From NCBI GenBank assembly GCA_016871275.1, contig VFZG01000001.1, positions 162,998 through 226,997 on the forward strand: a stretch of 64,000 bases of DNA, written 5' to 3'. Shown in pieces: positions 40,109-49,940 of this stretch. Numbering within the stretch: the stretch's first letter is position 1; each line of letters opens with the position of its first letter. The position numbers and the translations under genes were made by a program. Source of the stretch: Acidimicrobiia bacterium. GTDB taxonomy: Bacteria > Acidobacteriota > Vicinamibacteria > Vicinamibacterales > UBA2999. The notes under the pieces are model-generated. The model was given only the letters and a program-made list of their open reading frames with translations, did not search any database and had not been told where the DNA came from.

Positions 40109-40888
40109 TTACGGACGGAACAGGCGGTCGAAGTTGCGGTCGGTCGCCTCGCCGACTTCCGAGGCCGTCACGCCGCGCACCGCAGCGAGCTGCTCAACCA
40201 CCCTGACCACGTATGCGGGCTCGTTCCGCTTGCCGCGAAACGGGATCGGCGCCAGGTAGGGGCTGTCCGTTTCGACCAGCAGCCTGTCTCCCGGCGCGGC
40301 GGCGGCTGCCTGGCGGAGCGTTTCGGCCTTTGGGAAGGTCGCCACGCCGGGAATCGACAGGAAGAACCCGGTCGCCAGCGCGCGCGTCGCCGCCGCGGTA
40401 TCGCCCGTGAAGCAGTGGAAGACGCCGCGCAGCCGGCCCTGCCCTTCCTCGTCGATGATCCGGAGGGTATCGTCCTCGGCCTCGCGCGTATGAATCACGA
40501 CCGGCAGGTCGCGGCCGAGCGCGAGCCGAATCTGTGCGCGGAACACCGCGTGCTGCACGTCGCGCGGCGAGAAGTCGTAGTGGTAGTCCAGGCCAATCTC
40601 GCCCACCGCGCGGGCGGCGGGCAACGCCTCGAGCCGCCGCGCCACGGTGTCGGCCGCCTGTTGCGGATCGCCCGCAAAGACCTTCGCGTGATGCGGGTGC
40701 ACACCAACCGCGAACCGGCATTCGGGCCAGGCGGCAAGCACGGTTGCCCCTCTCGAAATCTCCGCGTCGTCTTCCGCGGCAAGAATCACGAGCGCGCGCG
40801 ACACGCCGGCCGCGCGCGCCCGCTCGACAACGGCGGGGAGATCGTCGAGGAACTCCTCTCCGGCAATGTGACAGTGACTGTCGGTCAT
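40109..40888 (-). CDS. TatD family nuclease
   Basis: DSHCH, GVHPH, GEIGLDY, IHTREA, HCFTG, ETDSPYL. Confidence 0.95.
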   Translation of the reverse strand: MTDSHCHIAGEEFLDDLPAVVERARAAGVSRALVILAAEDDAEISRGATVLAAWPECRFAVGVHPHHAKVFAGDPQQAADTVARRLEALPAARAVGEIGLDYHYDFSPRDVQHAVFRAQIRLALGRDLPVVIHTREAEDDTLRIIDEEGQGRLRGVFHCFTGDTAAATRALATGFFLSIPGVATFPKAETLRQAAAAAPGDRLLVETDSPYLAPIPFRGKRNEPAYVVRVVEQLAAVRGVTASEVGEATDRNFDRLFRP

Positions 40889-40890
40889 AG

Positions 40891-40946
40891 GCAGGCCTGC
40901 AGGCTAGCAGGCTGGCGGGCTAGCGGGCTAGCGGGCTAACAGGCTA
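40891..40946. repeat. Tandem octamer GC(A/G)GGCT(A/G), about 7 copies
   Basis: Fills the metG-tatD spacer; same unit as 36843-36922. Confidence 0.88.
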
Positions 40947-40955
40947 GCAAAATAC

Positions 40956-42866
40956 CTAGCGGACTCGCGTGCCGGGAGCTGCCGGCTCCGAGTTCAGCAC
41001 GATGGCGCCGCCGCCCTCGGGGCTCGCAGCCAGCACCATGCCGTTCGACTCGATGCCCATCATCTTCCGCGGCGCCAGGTTGGCGACGATCACGATCGAC
41101 TTGCCAATCAGGGCTTCCGGCCCGTAGGCCTCGGCAATGCCGGCCAGGATCGTGCGCGGCTCGGCCTCACCCGCGTCGACCTTGAGCTTCAGCAGCTTCT
41201 GCGACTTCGGCATCCGCTCCGCCTCCAGCACCTTGGCGACCTTCAAGTGCACCCTCATGAAGTCGTCGATCGTGATGGTCGACGACGTGTCCGCCGGCGC
41301 CGGTGTCTCGGCCGGTTTCTGAGTCTGATCGGTCACGGTCGCGGCTCCCTGTTCTGCCTCAATGCGCGGCCACAGGGCCCCTGCATTGAGAAGCTGTTTC
41401 TCGCCCGACGAGCGCCAGGCGGTATCGGCGCCGAGGCGCCGGTCCTTTAGCGGACGGTCGTCACCAAGCCGACGCAGGATCTCTGTCGATGACGCCGGCA
41501 TGATGGGCGCCAGAAGTGTGGCGGCAATCCGCACCGCTTCCGTCGACTCCGCCAGTACGCCGTTCAACTGATCGGCGTTGGCCGGGTCCTTGGCGAGCGC
41601 CCACGGCTGCTGTTCGGCGATGAAGTTGTTCGCCGCGCTGATCAACCGAAACGCCGCCGCCGCACCGTCGTGCAGCGCGTGCGCCTGCATGGCCGCCGTG
41701 TAGGCGGACACACTCTCCGCGGCGATCGCGGCCAGCGCGCCGCCGCCGGTCGCGCGGATCCTGCCCTGCTGGTAGCGCTCGGTCATCGACGCAACACGAT
41801 TCACCAGGTTGCCGAGGTTGTTCGCCAGGTCGGCGTTGTACTTCTCCTCGAATCGCCCCCAGGTAAAGTCGCCGTCGCCTCCGTACGGAATCTCCTTCGC
41901 CAGATACAGTCGAAGCGGGTCGGGACCGAAGCGATTGGCGGCGTCGAGCGGATCGACAATGTTGCCGAGCGACTTGCTCATCCGCTCGCCCTTGAAATAC
42001 ACCCAGCCATGGCCGAACACCTGTTCCGCCAGCGGCTCGCCCACGCTCATCAGCATCGCCGGCCAGAACACGCTGTGGAAGCGGGTGATGTCCTTGCCAA
42101 CCACATGCAGGTTCGCGGGCCACCACTGCCTGTACAGGTCTTCGTTCCAGCCGTAGCCCACCGCAGCCGCGTAGTTGATCAACGCGTCGAACCACACGTA
42201 GACCACGCTGTCGCGATCGAACGGCACCGGAATGCCCCACGACTGACCGCTGCGGCTCATGGAAATGTCTTCAAGGCCGCCTTCGATCAGGCGCAGGATT
42301 TCGTTGCGGCGGATCTCGGGTTCGAGAAACGACGGATGCTTCGCGAAGTGATCGAGCAGCGGCTGTTGGTACCTGGACAGGCGGAAGAACCAGTTCTTCT
42401 CCTTGATCCACCTCGGGGGCGTGTTGTGGAGGGGACAGTTCCCGTTGACCAGGTCCTTTTCGGGCTTGAACGCCTCACACCCTTCGCAGTACCAGCCCTC
42501 GTACGAGCCCTCGTAGATGTCGCCTTTGTCGTAGGCGACCTGCGCCAGCTTCTGTGTTGCCGGATAGTGCCGCGTCCGATCGGTCGTGCGAATGAAGTCG
42601 TCGTACGACACGTCGAGCCGCTTCCAGACCTCGCAAAACACCTGCTCCATTTCGTCGCAGTAGGCGAGCGGGTCCTTCCCCTGCTCCTGGGCACGCTTGA
42701 ACACGTTCTGCGAGTGCTCGTCGTTGCCCATTAGGAAATGGACATCGTAGCCGGCCAGACGCCGGTACCGCGCAATGATGTCGGCGGTGATCTTTTCGTA
42801 CGCCGTGCCTAGATGCGGCCGGCTGTTGACGTAATCGATCGCCGTGGTTAGAAGGAATCGAGCCAT
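40956..42866 (-). CDS. metG: Methionyl-tRNA synthetase with C-terminal tRNA-binding domain
   Basis: YVNSRPHLGT, DEH, YVWFDALINY, GKDI.RFH, RMSKSLGN, C-terminal OB fold ANLAPRKMMG.ESNGM. Confidence 0.97.
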   Translation of the reverse strand: MARFLLTTAIDYVNSRPHLGTAYEKITADIIARYRRLAGYDVHFLMGNDEHSQNVFKRAQEQGKDPLAYCDEMEQVFCEVWKRLDVSYDDFIRTTDRTRHYPATQKLAQVAYDKGDIYEGSYEGWYCEGCEAFKPEKDLVNGNCPLHNTPPRWIKEKNWFFRLSRYQQPLLDHFAKHPSFLEPEIRRNEILRLIEGGLEDISMSRSGQSWGIPVPFDRDSVVYVWFDALINYAAAVGYGWNEDLYRQWWPANLHVVGKDITRFHSVFWPAMLMSVGEPLAEQVFGHGWVYFKGERMSKSLGNIVDPLDAANRFGPDPLRLYLAKEIPYGGDGDFTWGRFEEKYNADLANNLGNLVNRVASMTERYQQGRIRATGGGALAAIAAESVSAYTAAMQAHALHDGAAAAFRLISAANNFIAEQQPWALAKDPANADQLNGVLAESTEAVRIAATLLAPIMPASSTEILRRLGDDRPLKDRRLGADTAWRSSGEKQLLNAGALWPRIEAEQGAATVTDQTQKPAETPAPADTSSTITIDDFMRVHLKVAKVLEAERMPKSQKLLKLKVDAGEAEPRTILAGIAEAYGPEALIGKSIVIVANLAPRKMMGIESNGMVLAASPEGGGAIVLNSEPAAPGTRVR

Positions 42867-44059
42867 GCCTTGAGTGCGATCGCCTGAAGTTCCTTGATTG
42901 GGATGCCGCGCTCCGCCGACAGTGTCACTAAATCTTCGAACTCCGGTTGCGCGTTCAGCACGTGCCCATCACGGCGCGCCACCTTGAAACGCACTGGGCC
43001 TGCCGGGGTCGTCACCGTCACCATTTCCCGATCGAGGCACTCGCGCGTCAGCTCCTGATGCCGGACCCCAATTGTCGTCGACTCACGAAACACGATGTCC
43101 GTCATGCGCTCGCGATCGTCCGGCTTGCAGACAATGGTCATCAACGTACCGGGCCGGTTCTTCTTCATCTGCACGGCGACATAGAAGACCTCGAGCGCGC
43201 CGGCGGCGTAGAGCTGTTCCATCAGCGCGCCAAAGATCTGAGGGTTCATGTCGTCGATCTCGCATTCGAGGACGGATACCTGGTGGGCGACGCGCTGCAC
43301 GCTGCCGGCTATGGCCGGCCCGTCGTCGACACGGCGGCCGACCAGCACTCGCACGACATTCGGCGTCTCGGCCATCTCGCGATCGCCGGCACCGTAGCCG
43401 ACCTGCTCGATCGTCATCGGCGGCACCGCTCCGAACGCCGTCGCATATTCGGTCAGGATCAGCGCGCCGGTCGGCGTCAACGTCTCCATTTGAATGCCGC
43501 TGGAATACACCGGCGCGTCCTTCAATAGCGCCACGGTCGCCAGCGCCGGCACCGGGAAGACCCCGTGCGCGACTTTCACCATGCCGCCGCCGACGTTAAT
43601 CGGCGACACCACCACGCGATCGGCGTTGAACCATTCCATCGCGAACGCGCAGCCGACGATGTCGATGATCGAGTCCAGCGCGCCGACCTCGTGCAGGTGC
43701 ACCTTCTCGAGCGTGGTGTCGTGAATGGCCGCCTCGGCCTCGCCGAGCCGGCGAAACATCTTGATGGCGCGCGCCTTGGCCGCGTCTTTCAGCGCCGACC
43801 TGTCGATCGCCGCGATAATGTGCTTCAGGTGATGGTGATGATGTCCGCCGCCGCCCGCATGTGAATGCTGGTGCACTCTGAACTTGGCGGCGGTGACGCC
43901 GGTCTTGACGACCCGATCCAGCGACACGTCGATGCCCTCGACCGCCAGGCTGCCCAACGCCCGCTTCAACTCGTCGAACGGCAGACCGGCGTCGAGCAGC
44001 GCGCCGAGGATCATGTCGCCGGCCGCTCCCGCGAAGCAGTCGAAGTACAGGATCTTCAC
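42848..44059 (-). CDS. larC: Nickel-pincer cofactor nickel insertase LarC
   Basis: YFDCFAGAAGDM.LGALLD, His-rich tract, VHLHEVGALDSI.D, TPTGA, EC.IDD, MKKNRPG, ESTTIGVR, PEFED. Confidence 0.93.
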   Translation of the reverse strand: MKILYFDCFAGAAGDMILGALLDAGLPFDELKRALGSLAVEGIDVSLDRVVKTGVTAAKFRVHQHSHAGGGGHHHHHLKHIIAAIDRSALKDAAKARAIKMFRRLGEAEAAIHDTTLEKVHLHEVGALDSIIDIVGCAFAMEWFNADRVVVSPINVGGGMVKVAHGVFPVPALATVALLKDAPVYSSGIQMETLTPTGALILTEYATAFGAVPPMTIEQVGYGAGDREMAETPNVVRVLVGRRVDDGPAIAGSVQRVAHQVSVLECEIDDMNPQIFGALMEQLYAAGALEVFYVAVQMKKNRPGTLMTIVCKPDDRERMTDIVFRESTTIGVRHQELTRECLDREMVTVTTPAGPVRFKVARRDGHVLNAQPEFEDLVTLSAERGIPIKELQAIALKAWLDSF

Positions 44060-44225
44060 ACCAGGCCCTCGTGCCTGAAGCTGAAGTACGTCCCGTCCCC
44101 GAGGATGAGGTGATCCATCACGTCAATCCCACTCATGTCGCCAGCCCAGTTCCACCGCCGCCACGACCCGAACTGCTTGCGACGCCCCCACGCCGGCACA
44201 CTGGCCATCACGCCCGACCCTTCAT
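44056..44225 (-). pseudogene. radC: radC remnant with large internal deletion
   Basis: HhH piece AGVGASQAVRVVAAVELG joined out of frame to the JAB C-terminus GIDVMDHLILGDGTYFSF; the core JAB region is missing. Confidence 0.75.
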
Positions 44226-44299
44226 GGTAGCTGATAGACGCGCGTTGTGCGTGCTCACGACGCCTCCGGCCGCGTTTCGCTGCCGTATCCTCGACGGAC

Positions 44300-44570
44300 A
44301 TGCGTCGTGTGGCTCGCCCAGTTGCGTTTTTCGAGTCGCTCGTCTTTGCCATCCTTTCAACCAGCTGCGCCGAGCCTCCCCAGAAGGACATGAACCAGGC
44401 ACAGGGTGCGATCGATGCCGCCCGCTCCGCGGGCGCCAATCGGTTTGCCGCCGGAGAGGTCACCGCCGCGACCGACGCCCTGAAGCGCTCGCAGGAGGCC
44501 GCCGCCGGCCATTACCGCCAGGCGCTGAACCACGCGCTCGACAGCCGCGAGCGCGCGCACAGCGCTGAAG
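44300..44570 (+). pseudogene. Truncated DUF4398-like lipoprotein
   Basis: Lipobox-like STSC AEPPQKDMNQAQGAIDAARSAGA..A...YRQALNHALDSRERA, then loses coding character. Confidence 0.55.
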
Positions 44571-44694
44571 GCCGAGGAGTATGCGGCCGTCACGGGCGCC
44601 CTGCATGGGGCCGCCGGCGCGGAAGCGTGAGGGGAGATGCCCGGCGATCGCGGTTTTCGCGATCCGGGCCGGAGCTGATGCGATCAGACAACAA

Positions 44695-45516
44695 TCAGCG
44701 CCCGGAGGTCGAGGAGACCCAGTGGCCGTCGAAGACCACTTCGGCCCAGCCGGTCAGATAGACACCGTCGGCCAGCCACTCAACCCGCTGGGCGCCGCCC
44801 GGCGCAATCACCTGGACATCGCGCGCCGCGCCGCCGTGGGCGATCGCCGAGATGGCCGAGGCGCAGGCGCCAGTACCGGACGCATGCGTGGGGCCCACGC
44901 CGCGTTCCCAGATCAGAATCCGCACCCGGTCTGGAGCTTCAACGACCGCAAACTCGACGTTGGTTCCCTCCGGGAACCGGCGATGCGTGGCGAGCGCTGG
45001 CCCCAACCGATTGAATCGCTGCAGTTCGGGCAGCTCCTGCATCAGCGCCACGCATTGCGGATTGCCGATCGCCAGCGTGGTCACCGTCAACGTCTCGCCG
45101 GCCGCTTCGATTGACTCCTCGGTCACCCGCTCGGGCTGTCCCATCGCCGCACGAAACGTGTACCGGCCGCCCTGGCGGCTGATCAGCGACAACGTCTTCC
45201 ACCCCGCGTCGGTGTCGACCCGGACTTCGCTGATGGGCGCCAGCCGCGCGTGCTCTCTTCTGTACAGCACCAGCGCCGCTAAACAACGCAGCCCGTTGCC
45301 TGACAACTCCGACGGGCTGCCGTCGGTGTTGATCAACTTCATCTGCGCGGTGCCGTTTGGAGCGATCGTGTAATAGATCACGCCGTCGCCTCCCAGGCCG
45401 GAGTGGCGATGGCAGAGACGCCTGGACAGCTCGTCGAGCTTCAGGTTCTCGACCTGATCAGCCGGCACGAACAGAAAGTCGTTGCCGTAGGCGTGGGCTT
45501 TGGCGATCGACAGCAT
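44695..45516 (-). CDS. dapF: Diaminopimelate epimerase family protein with Ser/Ser active site
   Basis: KAHAYGNDF, G.GGDG, NTDGS..ELSGNGLRC, IGNPQC, FPEGTNVEF, WERGVGPTHASGTGACA; ATG 45516. Confidence 0.9.
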   Translation of the reverse strand: MLSIAKAHAYGNDFLFVPADQVENLKLDELSRRLCHRHSGLGGDGVIYYTIAPNGTAQMKLINTDGSPSELSGNGLRCLAALVLYRREHARLAPISEVRVDTDAGWKTLSLISRQGGRYTFRAAMGQPERVTEESIEAAGETLTVTTLAIGNPQCVALMQELPELQRFNRLGPALATHRRFPEGTNVEFAVVEAPDRVRILIWERGVGPTHASGTGACASAISAIAHGGAARDVQVIAPGGAQRVEWLADGVYLTGWAEVVFDGHWVSSTSGR

Positions 45517-46364
45517 CAGGGCACGTGCAGGCCGTTGAACACCCACGTGAATCCCGTCGTGATGCCATACGCGGGCTCACGGGGAGTCAGTCCAAGCAGC
45601 AGACCGGCATCGAACCGTACGCTGCTCACGGTGTAGCGCAGGCCAAAACGCAGCACGCCCGTATCTTCAGCGCCCGGCGTGATCAAGTCCCCAAAGTTGG
45701 CTCGACCAACGAACTCGCCCACCGCTTCAGCCCGCGGCGTGACGGCGCGCGCCACGGACAGGCCGTAAATCAGCAGGTCATCCTGCGCGGCGGCGCGAGC
45801 GGGATGGCCCAGCATTGCCATGCCAACGCTCGCCACGACGCGGACCGACTGGACGGTCTTGCCCATCGTCACGGCCGACGCGAAATCCTGGACGTCCTTG
45901 CCCATGCCGTCCTCGTTGCTCGCATTTGGCAGTCGTGTCGAGAACCAGCTCCCGATGGCTGGACGACGGGCGGTTTCACTCAACAGCCTGACCTTCGCGC
46001 CAATCTGGATGTCGCCGAAGTCCGCCGTGGTGCGGGTGTTGGCCAGGCGCACCAGGTGCGCGAGCGGCGCGGTGGAAGCGACCTCGGTAATCGACAGTGT
46101 CTGGTAGATGCCCCAGTCAATCTGGATCTCGGCAATCGAACTCACGCCGAGGCTGACACCCAGCGCCGGCATCACGAGATGGTTGCCGCGCAAGCCGGAG
46201 ACCGGGAACACCGCGTCACGGTTGTAGTCCACACCGGCCTCGATCAGGATGCGTCCGGATCCAATCGTCTCGGGGTCCTCCGTCTTGAGGGGTCGTTGTT
46301 GTGCGAAGGAGGGGGGCGCCGCCGCGAGCGTGACCAGCGCAACGATCAGTATTCGGAGCATCAA
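45516..46364 (-). CDS. Exported probable outer-membrane beta-barrel protein
   Basis: Signal peptide; RPLKTEDPE; alternating beta-strand pattern; GD..IG.K; aromatic near C-terminus (GFTWVF). Confidence 0.65.
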   Translation of the reverse strand: MMLRILIVALVTLAAAPPSFAQQRPLKTEDPETIGSGRILIEAGVDYNRDAVFPVSGLRGNHLVMPALGVSLGVSSIAEIQIDWGIYQTLSITEVASTAPLAHLVRLANTRTTADFGDIQIGAKVRLLSETARRPAIGSWFSTRLPNASNEDGMGKDVQDFASAVTMGKTVQSVRVVASVGMAMLGHPARAAAQDDLLIYGLSVARAVTPRAEAVGEFVGRANFGDLITPGAEDTGVLRFGLRYTVSSVRFDAGLLLGLTPREPAYGITTGFTWVFNGLHVP

Positions 46365-46810
46365 AACGTCTTCCTGCTATCGAGAAGTATGGTCACCGGC
46401 CCGTCGTTGACGAGCGCCACCTGCATCATGGCCTGGAACTCGCCGGTTTCGACGCCGAGTCCCGAGGCCTTCACTTCTCGCACGACATCTTCGTAGAGCG
46501 CCCTGGCAATCTGCGGCGGCGCCGCCGAGGCGAACGACGGCCGTCTGCCGTTGCGCGCGTCGCCCGACAACGTGAACTGCGACACTACGAGCACACTCCC
46601 CTGCCGGTCCATCACCGACAGGTTCATCTTGCCGGCCTCATCCGGAAAAATGCGGAGGTCGCGAATCTTCGCCGCGATGTAGTGGACGTCGGCCGGGCCG
46701 TCGCCTGCCTCAACGCCGAGCAGCACGAGCAGACCATGTGCGATCTCGCCAATCGTGCGCTCGTCGACGGTGACGCGCGCCGAAGTCACGCGCTGAATGA
46801 CGGCCCTCAC
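46361..46810 (-). CDS. dtd: D-aminoacyl-tRNA deacylase
   Basis: MRAVIQRV, LRIFPD..GKMN, SQFTL, GRRPSF, NDGPVT. Confidence 0.97.
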   Translation of the reverse strand: MRAVIQRVTSARVTVDERTIGEIAHGLLVLLGVEAGDGPADVHYIAAKIRDLRIFPDEAGKMNLSVMDRQGSVLVVSQFTLSGDARNGRRPSFASAAPPQIARALYEDVVREVKASGLGVETGEFQAMMQVALVNDGPVTILLDSRKTF

Positions 46811-47631
46811 GAGGGTCTGTGGAGCAGAATGGGGATCAGCGCCGGCTCAGCGACGGCCGCCTCGGCCATTTCGCCGATGGGATTCAACCGGCGATCCAGC
46901 AGGTGCCGGGGCATGACGTTGCCGAGCGCCTTGATCATCGACGACTTGACGTTCGGGTGTTCGCGCTCGAGCTCCATGATCAGGCGCTTGATGCGCTGGC
47001 GCTGCAGGCTCAGGTCGCCGCACGCCGGGCAGCAACACCCGATGATTGGCAGTTCCCGCTCCAGGCAGTACGCGCGGGCTTCGGCTTCGGTCACATAGAC
47101 CAGCGGCCTGATGACGACGTGCTGGCCGTTGTCGGAGGTGAGCCGGGCCGGCATGGCCTTGAGCGCGCCGGCGAAGAACAGATTCAGCAGCACCGTCTCG
47201 ACGAAATCGTCGAGATGGTGGCCGAGGGCAATCTTGGTGGCGCCGGTCTCTTGGGCGAGCCGGTACAACACCCCGCGCCGCAACCGCGCGCACAGCGAGC
47301 ACGGCGTGTCGTCGTCGTCCAGCTTGTCGTCGATCACCGCGCCGATGGAGGTGTGCTCGCTGTGAAACTCCCAGCCCCGCTCCCTGCACGCGGCGGCCAC
47401 CTGCGTGTGCTGGTAGCCTTGGTAGCCGGAATCCACGTTCACCGCCACGATCGAGAAATCAATCGGCGCGCGCTGCTGCAGCACGTCGAGGATCTGGATC
47501 AGCGCCCAACTGTCCTTGCCGCCCGACAGCCCCACCATGATGCGATCGCCGTCTTCAACCAGCGTGAAGTCCGTAATCGCCTTGGTGGTCTTCTTGGCGA
47601 TGCGCGCTTCGAGCGGCGTGCAATACCCCAC
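46807..47631 (-). CDS. ttcA: tRNA 2-thiocytidine(32) synthase TtcA
   Basis: GTG 47631; [33 protein letters not shown]. Confidence 0.9.
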   Translation of the reverse strand: MGYCTPLEARIAKKTTKAITDFTLVEDGDRIMVGLSGGKDSWALIQILDVLQQRAPIDFSIVAVNVDSGYQGYQHTQVAAACRERGWEFHSEHTSIGAVIDDKLDDDDTPCSLCARLRRGVLYRLAQETGATKIALGHHLDDFVETVLLNLFFAGALKAMPARLTSDNGQHVVIRPLVYVTEAEARAYCLERELPIIGCCCPACGDLSLQRQRIKRLIMELEREHPNVKSSMIKALGNVMPRHLLDRRLNPIGEMAEAAVAEPALIPILLHRPS

Positions 47632-47658
47632 GGACTGATTATACTGGCCCTTCAGACC

Positions 47659-49341
47659 GTGGTGACCGACGGCAGCGAGCGAACCACCAGGGCCACAGAT
47701 GGCACAGACAGCGCAGCCCTGAAGGAGCTCACGCTCGTCACGCTGATTTATGCGGCGCTGACGGTGCTGATGACGCTGCCACTCTCGCTCGCGCCTGGCA
47801 GCCACGTCACGGCCGATGTGCCAGATACTCACTTGTACATCTGGACGCTGGCCTGGGACAGCTACGCGTTCCTGCATCAGCCGATCGGCATTTTCGACGC
47901 CAACATTTACTTCCCGTTCGCCAACACGCTGGCCTATTCCGAAAACCTGATCGGCAGCGCGTTCTTTGCGGCGCCGATCATCTGGATGACCGGCGACCTC
48001 GTGCTCGCCACCAACCTGACGGCGCTCATCACCTGTGTCTTATGCGGCACCGGCGCGTACCTGCTGGCGAGGCGATTGAACCTGTCAATCGCGGCGGCCT
48101 TCATCTGCGGCCTGGTGTTCGCCTTCGCGCCGCCACGATTCTTCCGGCTTGGCCAGTTGCACATGACCGCCGTCCAGTGGATCCCGTTTTGTCTGGCCTT
48201 CCTGCATGCGTACCTGGATCGGGGCCGGCGGCGCGACCTGCTGCTGGCCATTGGGTGCTTCTCGCTCCAGGCCCTCTCGAGCGGCCACGGCGCCGTCTAC
48301 CTGGCACTGGCGGTCTTCGGGCTGCTCGCATGGCAGTTCGGGTCTGGAACACCGGTCGCATTGCGGCAACGGCTGCGAGACTTCGGTGGCGCCGGCGCCT
48401 ACCTGCTGTTTCCAGTGGTGTGGGTCATTCTTCCGTATCGGCTGGCACAGGATGAGGCCGGGCTGCGTCGCGAGTACCTGCCTGGCATGCAGCCAGGTAT
48501 CGAGAGTTTCCTGGCCTCCCCGACGATCGTGCATCAGTTCTTGCAACAGGCGCTGTGGGGACCGTTTGAAAAGGCGCCCGACACCTACCTCTTCCCCGGC
48601 ATTGCCCTCCTCGCACTCGCCGTGGCCGGCGCGATTGCCGGACGTGCGCGACGCAACACGGTCTTCTATGTGCTGGTGGCCGCACTCTCGACGCTGATGT
48701 TCGTCGACTGGCCGTTTGAGTTGTGGCGATACGTCTACTGGATGCCGGGGCTGAATTTCATTCGCGTGCCGTCGCGATTCATGATCCTGACCGTGCTGGC
48801 GCTCGGCGTGCTGGCCGCGTTCGCATTCGACCGTTTCACGGCCCGGCTGCGACCATCGGCGCGCTCAGCTGCCGGGGTCGTCGTGGCGGCGCTCATGTTG
48901 GCCGAATACGTGGTCTATCCGTTTCCGGCCGTACCGTACCGCCTCGAGATTCCCGCGGTCCACCGCTGGCTCGCTTCGCAGCCGAGGCCGTTTGTCGTCG
49001 CCGAACTCCCAGTGCCGAGCGCTGGCGACCTCGGCGCGCTCGAGCGCCAGCAGACCGCATCAATGCTGCACGCCACCGCGCATTGGCAGAAGACGATTCA
49101 CGGTTACAGCGGCATTCGCCGGCCGTATCACCATCAGCTCTATGCCGATCTACATGACTTTCCGGATCCCACCAGTTTGAGCAGCCTGCGGACGGCTGGC
49201 GTGACCCATATGGTGGTGCACACCGCGGCCTACGGCATTTCGTGGCGGACCATTGAAGAGCAGATCGCCAAGTCGGGGCAACTGCGCCTCGTGTACAGCG
49301 ACGGTGACGGGAGGGTGTATGTGTGGGGAACTAGGAATTAG
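47659..49341 (+). CDS. Polytopic GT-C-type membrane glycosyltransferase (YfhO/PMT-like)
   Basis: Many TM helices; D...W.L.W, FDANI.FP..NTLAYSE, RVPSRF, GYSG; start approximate. Confidence 0.75.
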   Translation: MVTDGSERTTRATDGTDSAALKELTLVTLIYAALTVLMTLPLSLAPGSHVTADVPDTHLYIWTLAWDSYAFLHQPIGIFDANIYFPFANTLAYSENLIGSAFFAAPIIWMTGDLVLATNLTALITCVLCGTGAYLLARRLNLSIAAAFICGLVFAFAPPRFFRLGQLHMTAVQWIPFCLAFLHAYLDRGRRRDLLLAIGCFSLQALSSGHGAVYLALAVFGLLAWQFGSGTPVALRQRLRDFGGAGAYLLFPVVWVILPYRLAQDEAGLRREYLPGMQPGIESFLASPTIVHQFLQQALWGPFEKAPDTYLFPGIALLALAVAGAIAGRARRNTVFYVLVAALSTLMFVDWPFELWRYVYWMPGLNFIRVPSRFMILTVLALGVLAAFAFDRFTARLRPSARSAAGVVVAALMLAEYVVYPFPAVPYRLEIPAVHRWLASQPRPFVVAELPVPSAGDLGALERQQTASMLHATAHWQKTIHGYSGIRRPYHHQLYADLHDFPDPTSLSSLRTAGVTHMVVHTAAYGISWRTIEEQIAKSGQLRLVYSDGDGRVYVWGTRN

Positions 49342-49430
49342 GAATTAGGAATTAGGAACTAGGAATTAGGAAGTGAGAAGTGAGAGGTCGGAAGAGTACT
49401 TCTCACTTCTCCCTTATCACTTCTCACTTC
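49327..49430. repeat. Tandem heptamers (GGAA(T/C)TA x6) followed by inverted GAAGTGA/TCACTTC units
   Basis: Seen directly between convergent genes; the GAAGTGA/TCACTTC type also occurs at 2080-2150. Confidence 0.8.
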
Positions 49431-49882
49431 GCCTGGTGCTTGCTCCGCCACTCCTCAGAGTCTCTGACGGCGTCCGAAATAGCCTGGCGGGCTTCGGCGT
49501 CGGACTTCCCTTCAATCCGCGCCTTCATGTAAACATCCAGAATCCAGGTGCCGATTGCTTCGGCGTCAATCCTCTGCCGATCGAGATTGTAGAGTCCGCC
49601 CGGACGCTGCAGGCCGTCGGCCGACCGGTACAAGTCATCGACGAACGCCACCGCGCTGACGAGCTCTGGGCGCCGCTGTTGCACTTTGTCGTTGGCGAGG
49701 CGCTCAGCCCGAGAATCGAGCTCGCGCCGCACCTGTGAGACATCGGTCTTCAGACCACTGATCCTCATTTCCTGCCAGGCCATCTGGCCGAGCAGCAGCA
49801 GAATCACGATGGCCATCAGGTTGTTGGTGGTCCGCAGGCGCGAACCACGGGGATCCGAGGGCAAGGGCGAGGCCTCAGGCAT
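49424..49882 (-). CDS. Hypothetical membrane-anchored protein (TM, coiled coil, small helical domain)
   Basis: LMAIVILLLLGQ TM; DDLYRS.DGLQRPGGL; AVRDSEEWRSKH. Confidence 0.7.
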   Translation of the reverse strand: MPEASPLPSDPRGSRLRTTNNLMAIVILLLLGQMAWQEMRISGLKTDVSQVRRELDSRAERLANDKVQQRRPELVSAVAFVDDLYRSADGLQRPGGLYNLDRQRIDAEAIGTWILDVYMKARIEGKSDAEARQAISDAVRDSEEWRSKHQAK

Positions 49883-49940
49883 CGAAGGTATTTTCCATAA
49901 AAAGGTGGATCGGGCAACTATTTCTGTTAAAAATCACGGC

